A stretch of 64,000 nucleotides of DNA, taken from Antedon mediterranea. Lineage: Eukaryota > Animalia > Echinodermata. Numbering within the stretch: the stretch's first letter is position 1; every line of letters begins with the position of its first letter. Shown piece after piece: positions 26,554-39,293 of the stretch. Position numbers and translations under genes: made by a program. Location: positions 10,827,888 through 10,891,887 of the forward strand of contig NC_092676.1 in NCBI RefSeq assembly GCF_964355755.1, in the 5' to 3' direction. The notes beneath the pieces were generated by a model, which saw only the letters and a program-made list of their open reading frames with translations, searched no databases and was not told where the DNA came from.

Positions 26554-27946
26554 AGTGGAGCTACACTCAGACTTTCTCAGCTTATATTATGTTTAAGTAT
26601 GTTTAATTGAAAGTGATTACATAAAAAAAAACAGGAAAAATACGGAAATATTTTCCAAAAACTCATTTCTAAAAAATCGGTCAGAAAATAGTGTTTTTTA
26701 ACAAATTACAGTTTTTCAGTAACTTAGGGGTTATTAGTTTACAATACGTCGCGAAACGCGTTACACTTAGCGACTGACGCGTTTTAGTCGCTGGTCAACG
26801 CATTGTGGAAATTTCTTCCCTTTGGTAAATTATGTGTCGAAAAATGGGGAATAAATTTTATACACACAATTAATACGATTTGTTTAGGCCTAAGTAATAT
26901 TTCCGATAAGAATGTCAGTATAATTTACATGTAACCTCATGATTTTCACTGTACAACAACAGCATTATAATATCAGATTGCTTTTAACTTTAAGCTAGGT
27001 CTAGGCCTAGCTAAACCGTCTGCTCAGCCTAGCTAGCCTTGAATTTTTGTCTAGAGGCCTATGTATTCATAGGCATGGTCGTTTCGCCCCATTTATCGTT
27101 CCTGGGTTTTCTCGTATATTAAGAATTGTGAAACACAAAATCCTATACAGAACAAGAGTAGTAAAGAATAGTAAAGCGATGTGCAAGCTTAGACCTGACT
27201 GAAAAGCAACTATTCAGGCACCCTATCATGACCCATGGGTAGGCCAAGGTCGGGTAACAGCAAAACAAACTTCACTGCTGTCAGCCTAGCCTAGCTAGAG
27301 CCTGAGGCCAAGCCACTCTAAGCAGCATCGGTACATACCTACACTCTAGTAGGCCTAGGCCTAGCTTTATTGAATATATAGCCACATCTTTCTCAAATCT
27401 CGTTAAATTTGACATTTTAGTAATAGTCTCATAATCACATTATTACACTGTGAAACATAATAGGGTCACATTCAGAATGTTTTAATATACTTTTCGCCCG
27501 TCAAAAATAACATCGCGACAAAATAACAGATCGCCAGCTGCAGTAGCGTGATTGTGAAAAATGTCACGTGATCGTACTCCCTAGCAAAATAAAAAACCCA
27601 ATTGGACCCGAACGGGGGAAAGTGTCTATTTACGCAAAATTGCGCAATGTATACGTGATAAAAATACCAGAAATAGAAAGATCTGGAAAAATTACATAAA
27701 TATACATTTTACATTTTTTTTTTGGTGAAGAAATGAATTTTTTAGGATTATTCAAATATACCCCCTTTTGCATGTAAAAGAATAGGAAATTACAAGGTAT
27801 CCCCCCAAAACGCAAAAAGGCGTGATTTTCAAGAAAATCGTACTCATTGAAAAAAATTTCAAAAAAATATGAAGTATAAGGGATGATATTTTTAAATAAT
27901 AGTTGAAATGTATGAAATATAGTAATTTTCTGGGTGGAGCTCCACT
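26554..27946. mobile_element. Kolobok-like non-autonomous DNA transposon
   Basis: TTAA|AGTGGAGCTACACTCAG ... CTGGGTGGAGCTCCACT|TTAA: TTAA TSD, RR termini. Confidence 0.7.
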
Positions 27947-28231
27947 TTAAGACGGTTCATGTACAAATTATGTTAGCCATCACTCCCAACCCATAATCCC
28001 TCAGTGGCAGTTTTCAAATATAGTTTCGGTCATGGTGATAGGCCTACATCCCCACCCCGAACTCCCAGCCCTTTCCCAGGGATAATTTAAATATTTTACA
28101 ATTTCTTACCACAATTCTGGTCAATTTGATAGCCTACCTTTAGCCTAAGCAAAATCCCCACTATCCCTTGAACCCCAACTCCCAAACCCTATCTCCCAAC
28201 CCCCTCTTCCACCAAATCCCCAGACTTTTTA

Positions 28232-28810
28232 AAATGTAGTTTATAACCTTCCAGTTACAATTGCGGTCATTTTGATACCCCATATGTATTGTTACGTGCA
28301 GAAACAGAAATTTGTATTACCGAACATACATCGAAAGTGGTGAAAAGTGGGCCATATTGGCCCCTAACTTGGATCCTAGATGGCGGATGATGTTCAAATG
28401 TAGTTTAAAACCTTCTCGGTACAATTGCGGTCATTTTGATACCCCATATGTATTGTTACGTGCAGAAACAGAAATTTGTGTTACCGAACATACATCGAAA
28501 GTGGTGAAAAGTGGGCCATATTGGCCCCTAACTTGGATCCTAGATGGCGGATGATGTTCAAATGTAGTTTAAAACCTTCCCGGTACATTTGGGGTAATTT
28601 TGATACCCCATATGTATTGTTACGTTCAGAAACAGAAATTTTTATTACCGAACAAACATCGAAAGTGGTGAAAAGTGGACCATATTGGCCCCTAACTTAG
28701 ATCCTAGATGGCGGATGATGTTCAAATGTAGTTTAAAACCTTCCCGGTACAATTGCGGTCATTTTGATACCCCATATGTATTGTTACGTGCAGTAACAAA
28801 AATTTGTGTA
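28232..28810. repeat. 164-bp tandem repeat, ~3.5 copies, probably inside a Helitron-like element
   Basis: Units start at 28232, 28396, 28560 and 28724; followed by (AAAC)n and TATAGAT, resembling a minus-strand Helitron 5' end. Confidence 0.85.
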
Positions 28811-30963
28811 ACAAACAAACAATCAAACACAAACAAACGTACACACTCTCTCACTTATAGATTTAATATAAACTTGATTATTTTTAATAAGAATGTGAAG
28901 GTACAAATATAAAGTAACATTTAATCTGTGCTTTCTTCTAGAGACACAAGGTTAAAAATTAAAGATTTATGACCCCCACACTTTTTTTAAATTATTAATA
29001 AGCCATTTTAATGTCACAATAGTTATTCTATGGAAACAAAAAATTATTTAACCTAATAAAATCATAATTTTAAAAAATAGTAGTTATATAATGGGTTTGT
29101 ATTTGATTTACTGTTTTTTATTTTTTATAAGCTAAATCATTATTTTTAAATAACCTTTTCAATATTTGATTTTAGTTTTCTTTATTTTTTGCATAAAAAA
29201 GACGACTGTAAATTATAAACGTAATATTCTTTATAGTTTTTTTCACTCCATTCATGGTGACCGAGTTGTTTCATCAACCCAATATCTTTATAGAAAAGAC
29301 AACTTCAAGGAAAATGTCACCTTGTCACAGATCAAGGCTATCAAACTGTTTGCAAGCCTTGCACACTAGACTATAAAGTGGTCTAATTTGTTGGCCAGAA
29401 GAAGATTAACAAAATCAGGAGACACCTCAATACAACATTGACATGGCCACAAGTTTAAGGATTGAAGTAGTGAAAGGAAAACAGGTTACAGGTATGCAAC
29501 AAAATACAGTACATGGGATATGAGAGGTCTACACTTACAACATTTTATGGTATCTTTATATATCCCTACTTATATCCAGTAAACACAAAAATCGATGAAT
29601 TAATTAAATATTCTCATCCCTAACACATTTCTAATTATACCAATCAGTTTTGGATGATTTTGGGATAGGGAACACAAATATCTGTAAGTGCAGTTTTCCT
29701 TGCTGATAATTGTATAAAGCAATGTCTCTTTATTTTAATGTAAGTTGATTGTAATTAGATATTAGATTAGATTAATGACGTCCCAAAAACATGAAAAATG
29801 AAGATTAATTACTCAGATTTTTGAATAGGTTATTTTGTAGTTTTAATCAAGTTAATCACATGCGTAGAAATAAAAATGAAAAAAAAAATGGTTAAATTCA
29901 ACCAAAATTTTTTTTTTTGACTTGGCCACCTAAAGGTCGAAAACTCTTTTACAATTCACAATCTCAGATTAATACAAAGTACATACAAAATTAATTGAAG
30001 TTGTGAATGAGGTTAAGCTGTATACTAAGCTAATGAATAGTAAGGGATAAGTGTTGAATTTGAATAAACCATTTTTTCAATTTACTGAAAATCCAAAATG
30101 AACTGTTATAATACAAACAAAAGTATTCAATCAAAGAAACCTTCTACGAATTTTCGTAGTAATTTATAGAATTTCTAAACTTTGAACCATGTTATACCTG
30201 TAGCAGAGCAAAGTTTGCTTCTTTCTGCAAATTGTCTTTCAAATCAACGTTTCCCATATTTGACAGTGAAATAATAGGAAAAATTACAAGAAAATGCTGT
30301 AATTTTAAAAATGGCTATTACTATGGCAACAAGATACAGATATCCAAAATAATTTTATCTGTGCATGTTTCGACCTGTTTTATTGTGCAAATTTTAAAGA
30401 AAATCTATTTTTTTAACTTGGCCAGATTAATTAAAACCACAATTTCCACTATAAACTGTACAATAAATAATAGATATATAAAATGCAAACACAAAATGTT
30501 TGTCCTCTATGCATGCTGTGAATTTTACTCTCAACATCAATCTTGCAACGGAGATGGTCATGGTTTATATAAAAAGTTTGTAATCCAAATATTTATTAAA
30601 TTATGACTTATTAAATATTTTAAAAATTACCACTGTATCAAAAGGCTATGAAATGTGGAATTTGCAGAGGGTGTCATTAACGCCTATATTCTTAAACCGG
30701 ACTTTAGTCGTAGTTCGAAGTTCGACTTAAAAAAGTCGTAGTTCGAGCTATTACTTCAAATTCGATTCATAAACAAAGTAGTCGAAGTTTTCAGTTCGAC
30801 TTAATGTAGTCAACTTGCACACGTCTGGGTACTGTAACAAAGACTATACATTGACCAATGAGAAGAGAGTATTTGAGGAGCAGACAAAATTTTGCGCATT
30901 GATATCACTTTCCATTTTCTTACAAACCTTTTTACGCATCAGGACTATATACATGAAAACTAA

Positions 30964-32928
30964 GGCCCTGTTCAGACCCATGGCGTTAGACCGTTTTAGC
31001 GTACGACGCTAAAAGAATGTGTGTCTGAACAGTTGGGGATTAGCGTACAACGCGTCGTACAACGGTTGTAGCGTTGTAGTGGAAAACTGTTGATAGTACC
31101 GTTTTAGCGTACGACGCTACTGTAAGTCAACGTTGTATCCAATCAGAACGTTTGCTGTTATGACGCGATATAAGGTTTGACCTAGGCTGACATCTTGTAT
31201 CGTTAATGTGTGAGATGGATTTCAATAACAAAAAGGCCAGAATAAATAAGGCCTAACTACACTACAAATACAACTGTTACAAAGGCTAAACTATTATCAA
31301 CTGATTACTATTATATTTTCTAACAAATGACATAAATACATGCACCTTGTATTTGACTACGATGCCTAGCTAGGCCTAGAGTCTTTCACGCATTTCATTC
31401 AAGCTAAAAACTAGCGTGGGACATCAAGTCACTCATTCATACAAGGCAGACTAGACTGGACAAGTTTAATGCTGAAAACCCCCTAACTCCTAAAAAATTC
31501 AGTAAACAAACAAGGGGAGCTGTGTCCCTTTTATTAGCAAGTTAAGGGTTATTTTCAACCGACTGGAACAAAGAATATTTATCTTTGACTGGACTGAATA
31601 GACTAATCACAATCAATTTTTTCTTCATCATTAGAAGGCCTGCTTTATTTTCGTAACTCAAGAACCTGGGGAAAATGTTTTTTAATACAAAATAAAAACA
31701 ATAGAAACAGAAATTTGGCTTTACTATATTTTTCTTAAATAAATGCTGAGGTATGTTTTATTTACGGCAAATTTTGTCATAATTGTAGGGCTGAGATCTA
31801 GGCCTATATACAGTGGAAATAATGATGAAAACACGTGGGTACGGTAAGAGCACATGAATATGCAACTAGAAACAACCTGAATGACGTACTTCCGTTGTAA
31901 CGATAATCGTACGCTATGGGTCTGAACACCTCGTTTTTTTCTCTGCGGTTTGTAACGTGACCTTGCTAGTAACGTTGGGATTACGGTCGAAGCGGCCGCC
32001 AACCAAAGCGGCCGCTAGTTCAATAACGGTAATTTGTATGGAGCGCCGTGTGCGCTTTGATTGTCGTTGTTTTGTCATTTTTGATTGTCATTGTTTCGAT
32101 CGTCAGGTTTTCTTTTCTTTGGACGTAAATAACAACTTACATTATTAATATTATGTAATATATTCTCTTTTTTGACAGATTGAATGTGATACCTTCTTCG
32201 CCAATACCGTACGTAAATTATTATATTGCAATACTGTAAAAAGATTCGATAGTATGTAAATGAGATATAAAGATTCGGCAATACCGTACGTAAATTATTA
32301 TTGCAATACTGTATGAAGATTCGATAGTATGTAAATGAGATATAAATATTCGCCAATACCGTACGTAAATTATTAATGCAATCTGTATAAAGATTCGATA
32401 GGAGAGTGCTCAAGAAACGTCGGGTCAAGAAGATAAAATAAACAAATAAATAAATAGTACGTAATAAATGAGACATAGAGGTTCAATAGTATGTAGATTA
32501 TGATGCAAACGTAAATTATTAATGATTCGATAATATATAATGTAAATATATTTTTAGTTAGTTATTAATATTAAAATACAAATAAAATATACATTGATTT
32601 ATCCGCAGGCAAACTTAATTATTATAGAAATATAAAGATTTGATAGTATAATTCAACCCAAAAGTTGCAATAAAAGTATTTTTATCAGTTATCAGTTTTA
32701 TCAGTTACATGATTTGGCTTATATTTATTGGTTTGACCATACACACAGCTGTAACTCAACTCGCCATAGGCCATGGCGTTGACAACGACAATCAAAGATT
32801 AAAGCGCACATGGCGTTCCATACAAATGACGATATTAAACTGGCGGCCGCTTTGGTTGGCGGCCGCTTCGACCATACTCCTAACGTTGTACGCTAAAACG
32901 GTCTAACGCCATGGGTCTGAACAGGGCC
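30964..32928. mobile_element. PIF/Harbinger-like MITE
   Basis: ~40-bp TIR GGCCCTGTTCAGACCCATGGCGTTAGACCGTTTTAGCGTAC; TAA TSD; empty site in the paralogue at ~34680. Confidence 0.9.
31978..32880. mobile_element. Long-TIR MITE with 8-bp TSD (MULE/Merlin-like)
   Basis: ~90-bp TIR GGA(G/T)TAYGGTCGAAGCGGCCGCCAACCAAAGCGGCCGC; TSD TAACGTTG at 31970-31977 and 32881-32888; internal ~70-bp tandem repeat. Confidence 0.85.
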
Positions 32929-34389
32929 TAATTGTAATTGTTAATTATTAGAACAAGATCAGTATTAATTAACAGTGAAGTACGTTTGATTAACAAAAAA
33001 CTAAATCTTTAAAATATATTTAGGAACCATGGAGGTACGTTAACTTTCATTTTTTCTAGGCCTCCAACAAAGTATGATCGCAACGAACCACGCACTTCAT
33101 AGCGTGACAAGAAAGCGCTAGGCCCCCTAAACATACCATCGCGTGGTAAATTTTCGCATCTCCGATTGTCACTATTGTATTGTATACGGTTGTAAATAAA
33201 GATGATTTTCATTATTATAACATATACCAATGTATATTTAATTAAGCTAATATAAAAATAGAAATTCCATTCTTCAATATCTGACCAATATAACAACTCA
33301 ATGACTGTTACATTTTTTATAAACCTCGTTTAAATACCATTTAGTCGACCATTAGTCTGCTTCCTCGAGGACTAAAAAAATCGATCAAAATCCGTCTCGA
33401 TTTAGTCGAGGTTGGCCTGATTTAGTTGGCGATATGTTGAAGTTCGGTTTATGAATTAAAATGACGTCATTTTTAAAAATTTAGGTCGAACTACGACTGA
33501 AGTCCCTACACAATCCCATGTTGTAGGTTTGAATGTAATATACTAATCCGCCGAATAATTACCAGCTTATCGTTGGTACAGAATCTTAATTATAATTACG
33601 GCTACTGTTTGACTTGATTTGATTTTGTTTAATATGGATTTCCTAATTTGTAATCAAAAAGTATGTTATGCATTTTAATTTTACTTTGCAGTGCTTACAT
33701 CAGTGTACATGAAGGATACTGTACCTTGTACAAGTCACATTTTATCATCGTATTCGGGATTGTCAACGTTGGACCACATGAGTCTATTTCCAGTTTATTG
33801 ATCAGTATAGTAGTAAAGTAATTGTTATAAAATGTTACAAGCCTTAAACGTTTGTCCCCGTATAGCTTTATATTAGTTTTTGATTTTTGTTTACGGTATG
33901 TTTTAATAAAAATCCTACAATTAAATACGTGTTAATGTAAAGCCCAAGAAGTAATTTATAATTCTTCCATAAGCTTCCTTATTTCATGTATGTACACAGT
34001 CTAGGTACGTAAAAGCGTCACATTTTATATCTTATTTGTTTTGTGTATTTGCATTGTATTTCAGTAAAAAAAACGCTACTACTGTAAAAGGAAACATTTT
34101 TTTACTGTGAAGTAATTAATTGAAATAATATTAATATTTAATTATTTGCATATTACAGACGTACCACCGTTTTCAAAATTCAAAATGTTCTAGCAATACT
34201 TTCAAATTCGTAAATTAATAACAGTGGACTTGCCTTTTGAACTTCAGATTACGGATGGTATACAAACTTGCAAGAATTTAAAATATAGTGTAAAATATTC
34301 TGTATTTATTTGTGTTGCAATGAATGTTACTGACTGCATACATAATGTAATGTTAAACTTAATTTCAATTAACTCCCTGCATGAGACTA

Positions 34390-35328
34390 ACGCCCGTATT
34401 CTTAAACCGGACTTTAGTCGTAGTTCGAAGTTCGACTTGAAAAAGTCGTAGTTCGAGCTATTACTTCAAATTCGATTCAAAAACGAAGTACAGTAGTCGA
34501 AGTTTGCAGTTCGACTTAATGAAGTCGAGCTTTTAGTCGAGTTGCACACGTCTGGGTAACAAAGGCTAAACATTGACCAATGACAAGAGAGTATTTGAGG
34601 AGCAGACAAAATTTTGCGCATTGATATCACTTTCCATTTCTTACAACACTTTTGACGCATCAGGACTATATATACATGAAAAATAATTTTAATCGTTAAT
34701 TATTAGAACAAGATCAGTATTAATTTAACAGTGAAGTATATTTGATTAACAACAAATAAAATCTTCAAAATATATTTAGGAACCATGGCGGTACGGTAAC
34801 TTTTATATTTTCTAGGCCCCCAACAAAGTATGATCGCCACGAACCACGCACTTCATAGCGTGACAAGAAAGCGCTAGGCCCCCTAAACATTCCATCGCGT
34901 GGTGAATTGCCGCATCTCCCATTGTCGCTATGGCGTGACGTACTGTAGCTCAAGTCGGACTTGCGCGAAGAAAATAATGTAATTTGTATACAGTTGTAAA
35001 TAAAGATGATTTTCATTATTATAACTTATACCAATGTATATTTAATTAAGCTAATATAAATATAGATATTTCATTCTTTAATATCTGGCCAATAACAACT
35101 CAATGACTGTTACGTTTTTTATAAACATCGCTTAAAAACCATTTAATCGACCATTTAGCCTGCCCCCTCCAGGACTAAAAAAATCGATCAAAATCCGTCT
35201 CGATTTAGTCGAGGTTGGCCTGATTTAGTCGGTGATTTAGTTGAAGTTCGGTTTATGAATTAAAATGACGTCATTTTTTTAGTTTTAGCTCGAACTACGA
35301 CTAAATTCCGGTTTAAAAATACGGGCGT
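34390..35328. mobile_element. TIR MITE family X copy 2 (intact)
   Basis: ACGCCCGTATTCTTAAACCGGACTTTAGTCGTAGTTCGA ... TCGAACTACGACTAAATTCCGGTTTAAAAATACGGGCGT; TSD ambiguous. Confidence 0.85.
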
Positions 35329-36559
35329 GAGACTTCAATTGTAACTCTTGCATATATCATAAGTTTGCATACGTTTGACAAGTTTCCTCGGCGCTGTTGA
35401 AAAATCTGTTAATCCGCGGGGCTCATACCCGTCGAAGACGGGTACTATAATGCTAGTAAAATATCAAATAATGATAAGATCAGTACCACAAACCACAGAA
35501 CTGACCGCAATGCAATTGAACATTTTCTCGGACGTTAATCGTTTATATGGTAATCGTTTAAAAAAAATCACGACATCCATATCCACAATGAATTTCAAGT
35601 TATGGAAGGCCGATGAGAGTTGGTTTGTTTACATCCTATTGCTGCCTAAAACTCTCACATGTAGGATTAAAAATTGAACGTAAAGCTATATTATTAATTG
35701 TAAAATAAACATCTAGGCCTCCGTGCCACATACAACAGAGTAATTATGTATTGTAAGGGCACGTCGGCGAGAAAGTTCGTTTCGCCGTCGTTGGTTCTTC
35801 TACACTAGCTAGGGCCTAGCTGGGCTATAATTTCTACCAAAAACAACAGGCCTAAGGACATGCAAACATTACGCGGACCAGGCGACGTTGTTCTAACTAC
35901 AAGTCCTGCCCACTGGAGGTTGGTCTAACCTGAGATGATTCACATGGAAGAGCTTGAGTCATCCTCTTAAGTTTGGCCTTGATGACCTTTGTGCAGGCTA
36001 CCTAGAATTCTCAAGGGCCATTAAATATTCAGTTTCAACTTTTAGATTTTATGTGGTTTGAGACTTTGTTAAGCATTTTTCGAAATGTGTATAGGCCTAC
36101 TACAGTACATAATATTAATATTTAATCAAAGATAAGAACAATAATGCAATATACATTGAGATATAAATGATGTAAAATAAACCATAAAGATTAATACAAT
36201 AAACTACAAATAGCCAATTTTTAAGTTTTAACGGAAAAAAATGATTGACTTATGAAAGAACCCTAAAGTAAACATAACAATATGTTATTAATTTAAATAA
36301 CCAATTTAAATTAATACACATTAAAAAGTGTGATCATCATGTAAATAATTATCTTAAATTAAAAATGAAAGATATATTTAGGTTAACAAATTGAATATAA
36401 TATGTTTCCTTTTTTCTTATCACTCTTGAAAAATAATGTTATCTGTTATCTGCCAGAGTCACATGTTCTGACCCTTTCCTTCATTTGTTTAGCTCTGTTG
36501 ATGAATACTCCGGACCGATACTTTTTTGGTAAAATGCTACAAATAAATGTGTATGTTTT

Positions 36560-38405
36560 TTCCCCTGCCACTGTTTTAGTACAACACAATTTTGTGTACC
36601 CTGCCACTGTTTTGTACCCTGCCACCGTTTTTGTATCCCTGCAATCTTCTTTTTTCCCAGAAACTTTGTATACAACACAAGTTTTTGTATCCTAGACCAC
36701 TGCTTGGTCGTACCGTCTCTGTTTTTGTACCCTGCCACCGTTTTTGTACCCTGCTACTGTTTTTGTACCATGCCCCAGTTTTTGTACCCAGCTGCCATCG
36801 TGTTTGTACCCTGCCACTGTTTTTGTACCCTGTCTCTGTTTTTGTACCCTGACACCGTTTTTGTACCCTGTCACCGTTTTTGTACCCTGCTACTGTTTTC
36901 GTACCATGCCCCAGTTTTTGTACCACCCAGAGCTGCCATCGTGTTTGTACCCTGCCACTGTTTTTGTACCCTGCCACTGTTTTGTACCCTGCTGTTTTTA
37001 TAGCCTGCAACCGTTTTTGTACCCTGCCACCGTTTTTGTATCCCTGCCACCGTTTTTGTACCAGTCATCGTCTTTTTTCCCAGACACTTTGTATACAACA
37101 AAAGTTTTTATACCCTAGACCACTGCTTGTCATACCCTAGACCACTGCTTGTCATACCCTGTCTCTGTTTTTGTACCCTGATACCGTTTTTGTACCATGT
37201 CACCGTTTTTGTACCCTGCCACTATTTTTGTACCTTGCCACTGTTTTTGTACCCATCTGCCATCGTTTTTGTACCCTGCCACCGTTTTTGTACCCTGCCA
37301 CTGTTTTTGTACCCTGCCACTGTTTTTGTACCCTGCCACTGTTTGTGTACCTTGCCACTGTTTATGTACCCTGTGACTATTTTTGTACCCAGCTGCCATC
37401 GTTTTTGTACCCTGCCATCGTTTTTGTACCCTGCCACCGTTTTTGTACCCTGCCACTGTTTTTTTACCCAGCTGCCATCGTTTTTGTACCCTTCCGCCAG
37501 TCATTTTGTGAAAGATATACTTTCCCATTAAATTTAATGAATGGAATATCACAACCACTAAGTATTTATTCCTGTATAAGGTCAGCAATCAGATTTCCCG
37601 CGAACTATTGTATAAAATCAGTAACGCTGTTTTTGTACACTGCCACCGTTTTTGTACCCTGCCACCGTTTTTGTACCCAGCTGCCATCGTCTTTGTACCC
37701 TGCCACCGTTTTTGTAGCCTGCCACCGTTTTTGTACCCTGCCACTGTTTTTGTAGCCTGCCACAGTTTTTGTATCCTGCTACCGTTTTTGTACCCTGCCA
37801 CTGCTTTTGTACCCAGCTGCTATCGTTTTTGTACCCTGCCACCGTTTTTGTACCCTCCACTGTTTTTGTGGCCTGCTCATTTTTTTGTACCCAACTGCCA
37901 TCGTTTTTGTACCCTGCCACTGATTTTGTACCCATCTGCCATCGTTTTTGTACCCTGCCACCGTTTTTGTACCCTGCCACCGTTTTTGTACCCTGCCACT
38001 GTTTTTGTACCCTGCTACTGTTTTTGTACCCAGCTGCCATCTATTTTGTACCCTGTCACCGTTTTTGTACCCTGCCACTGTTTTTGTACCCTGCTACTAT
38101 TTTTGTACCCTGCTACTGTTTTTGTACCCAGCTGCCATCGATTTTGTACTCTGCCACCGATTTTGTACCCTGCCACTGTTTTTGTACCACCCTGCTACCG
38201 TTTTTGTACCCTGTCACTGTTTGTGTACTCTGCCACTGTTTTTGTACCCTGCCACTGTTTTTATACCCTGCCACCGTTTTTGTACCCAGTCAATGTTTTT
38301 GTACAAAACAATTTTTTTTTGACAAATGTTTTGTACCCTGCTGTTTTTATAGCCTGCAACCGTTTTTGTACCCTGCCACCGTTTTTGTATCCTGCCACTG
38401 TTTTT
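36560..38405. repeat. 19-bp minisatellite (TTTTTGTACCCTGCCACYG) with 22-bp variants and higher-order duplications
   Basis: Direct reading; accounts for all overlapping repetitive ORFs between 36402 and 38473. Confidence 0.95.
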
Positions 38406-38756
38406 CCTGTCATTGTATGTTGTCATCGTTTTATAACAATTTTATACAATGTAAAATAGAAAAAAATACGTGATAATTGCAAATAAATATGATTTCAATT
38501 TAAATTTAATTTTATTTCCACAATATAATAACATACATACAGGATAATAAATGCAATGAAGTAATCATGTGGGGAGAGAGTCATAATAAGTCAGTCAGTA
38601 AGTTTGACCCACCCCGAAATATAACATTAAATACGAATACGAAAAATAAGAAAATATAAATACATAAACTAATAATAAATGAAAGAAAACAAAGCTATAA
38701 TTTATTGCTCTCCTTTTTTTTAAATCCATTCTGAAAAACGGATGACTTTTAATTAT

Positions 38757-39104
38757 TCATGATCTAACGTTATTACATAAAGGTGGTGGCCAAGCTAGCT
38801 CTGCGGGTGACGGCCGCCGCATGCATATCTCGCCAGTTTCCCGTATTCTTATGTTGTTCGTTTTGGTAAATATGCGGCTGCACATGTATCCAAACGCGTA
38901 AATATCGCTGTGCTCAGATGGTGCTTCGACACCAGAAATTACTTCTGGTGCAGTCCATGGAAAGCATTTCTTCCACCTAATCTTCTCCTCCGATGACAAC
39001 TTTAAAGGAGTACTCCGTCCGGTCCGAAACGCCTTTCCATAATCTATTGTTACAGGTATAAATTAATTTTACCATCAATCATGAAGCACGTACCATGTTA
39101 TTAC
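38757..39104 (-). pseudogene. Protein kinase C-lobe terminal-exon remnant
   Basis: Acceptor cttttctcttacag, (G)NNMV, frameshift and stops, then PVTIDYGKA (DFG-like), WTAPEV, SDIYAFG, stop, and AATAAA at 38701-38706 (minus). Confidence 0.75.
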
Positions 39105-39185
39105 CTGTAAGAGAAAAGACAATTGGGAAAATGAGAAAATAACTGTAAAATAATCACTGATTGTGTATGGTATAATTGAATTTAA

Positions 39186-39293
39186 CTAGATGGTACGCTC
39201 GCTTCGCTCGCGTACCATCTAGGTCGTGCCCACAGATGGTTCTCGAATACACAGTAATTTCAGCGTAACAAAACTGGCGATTTCAAATATAGA
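39186..39293 (-). mobile_element. 108-bp minimal Helitron of the same family
   Basis: A|TCTATAT joined directly to the last ~100 nt of the family, including the terminal hairpin and CTAG|T. Confidence 0.7.

Larger units (their letters stand above)
30680..33505. mobile_element. TIR MITE family X copy 1 (Harbinger-like) with two nested insertions
   Basis: Homologous to 34390-35328; left TIR ACGCC..ATTCTTAAACCGGACTTTAGTCGTAGTTCGA; right end eroded. Confidence 0.8.

Noticed and set aside
28312-28912. Repeated ~75-80 aa ORFs
   Set aside because: Products of the 164-bp tandem repeat, which shifts frame with each unit.
36560-38405. CRISPR-like array
   Set aside because: Units are contiguous with no unique spacers, there are no cas genes, and the context is eukaryotic.
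36402-38473. Many long overlapping Cys/Pro/Phe- or Gly/Lys-rich ORFs (up to 283 aa)
   Set aside because: Translation artefacts of a stop-poor 19-bp minisatellite that is open in several frames on both strands.
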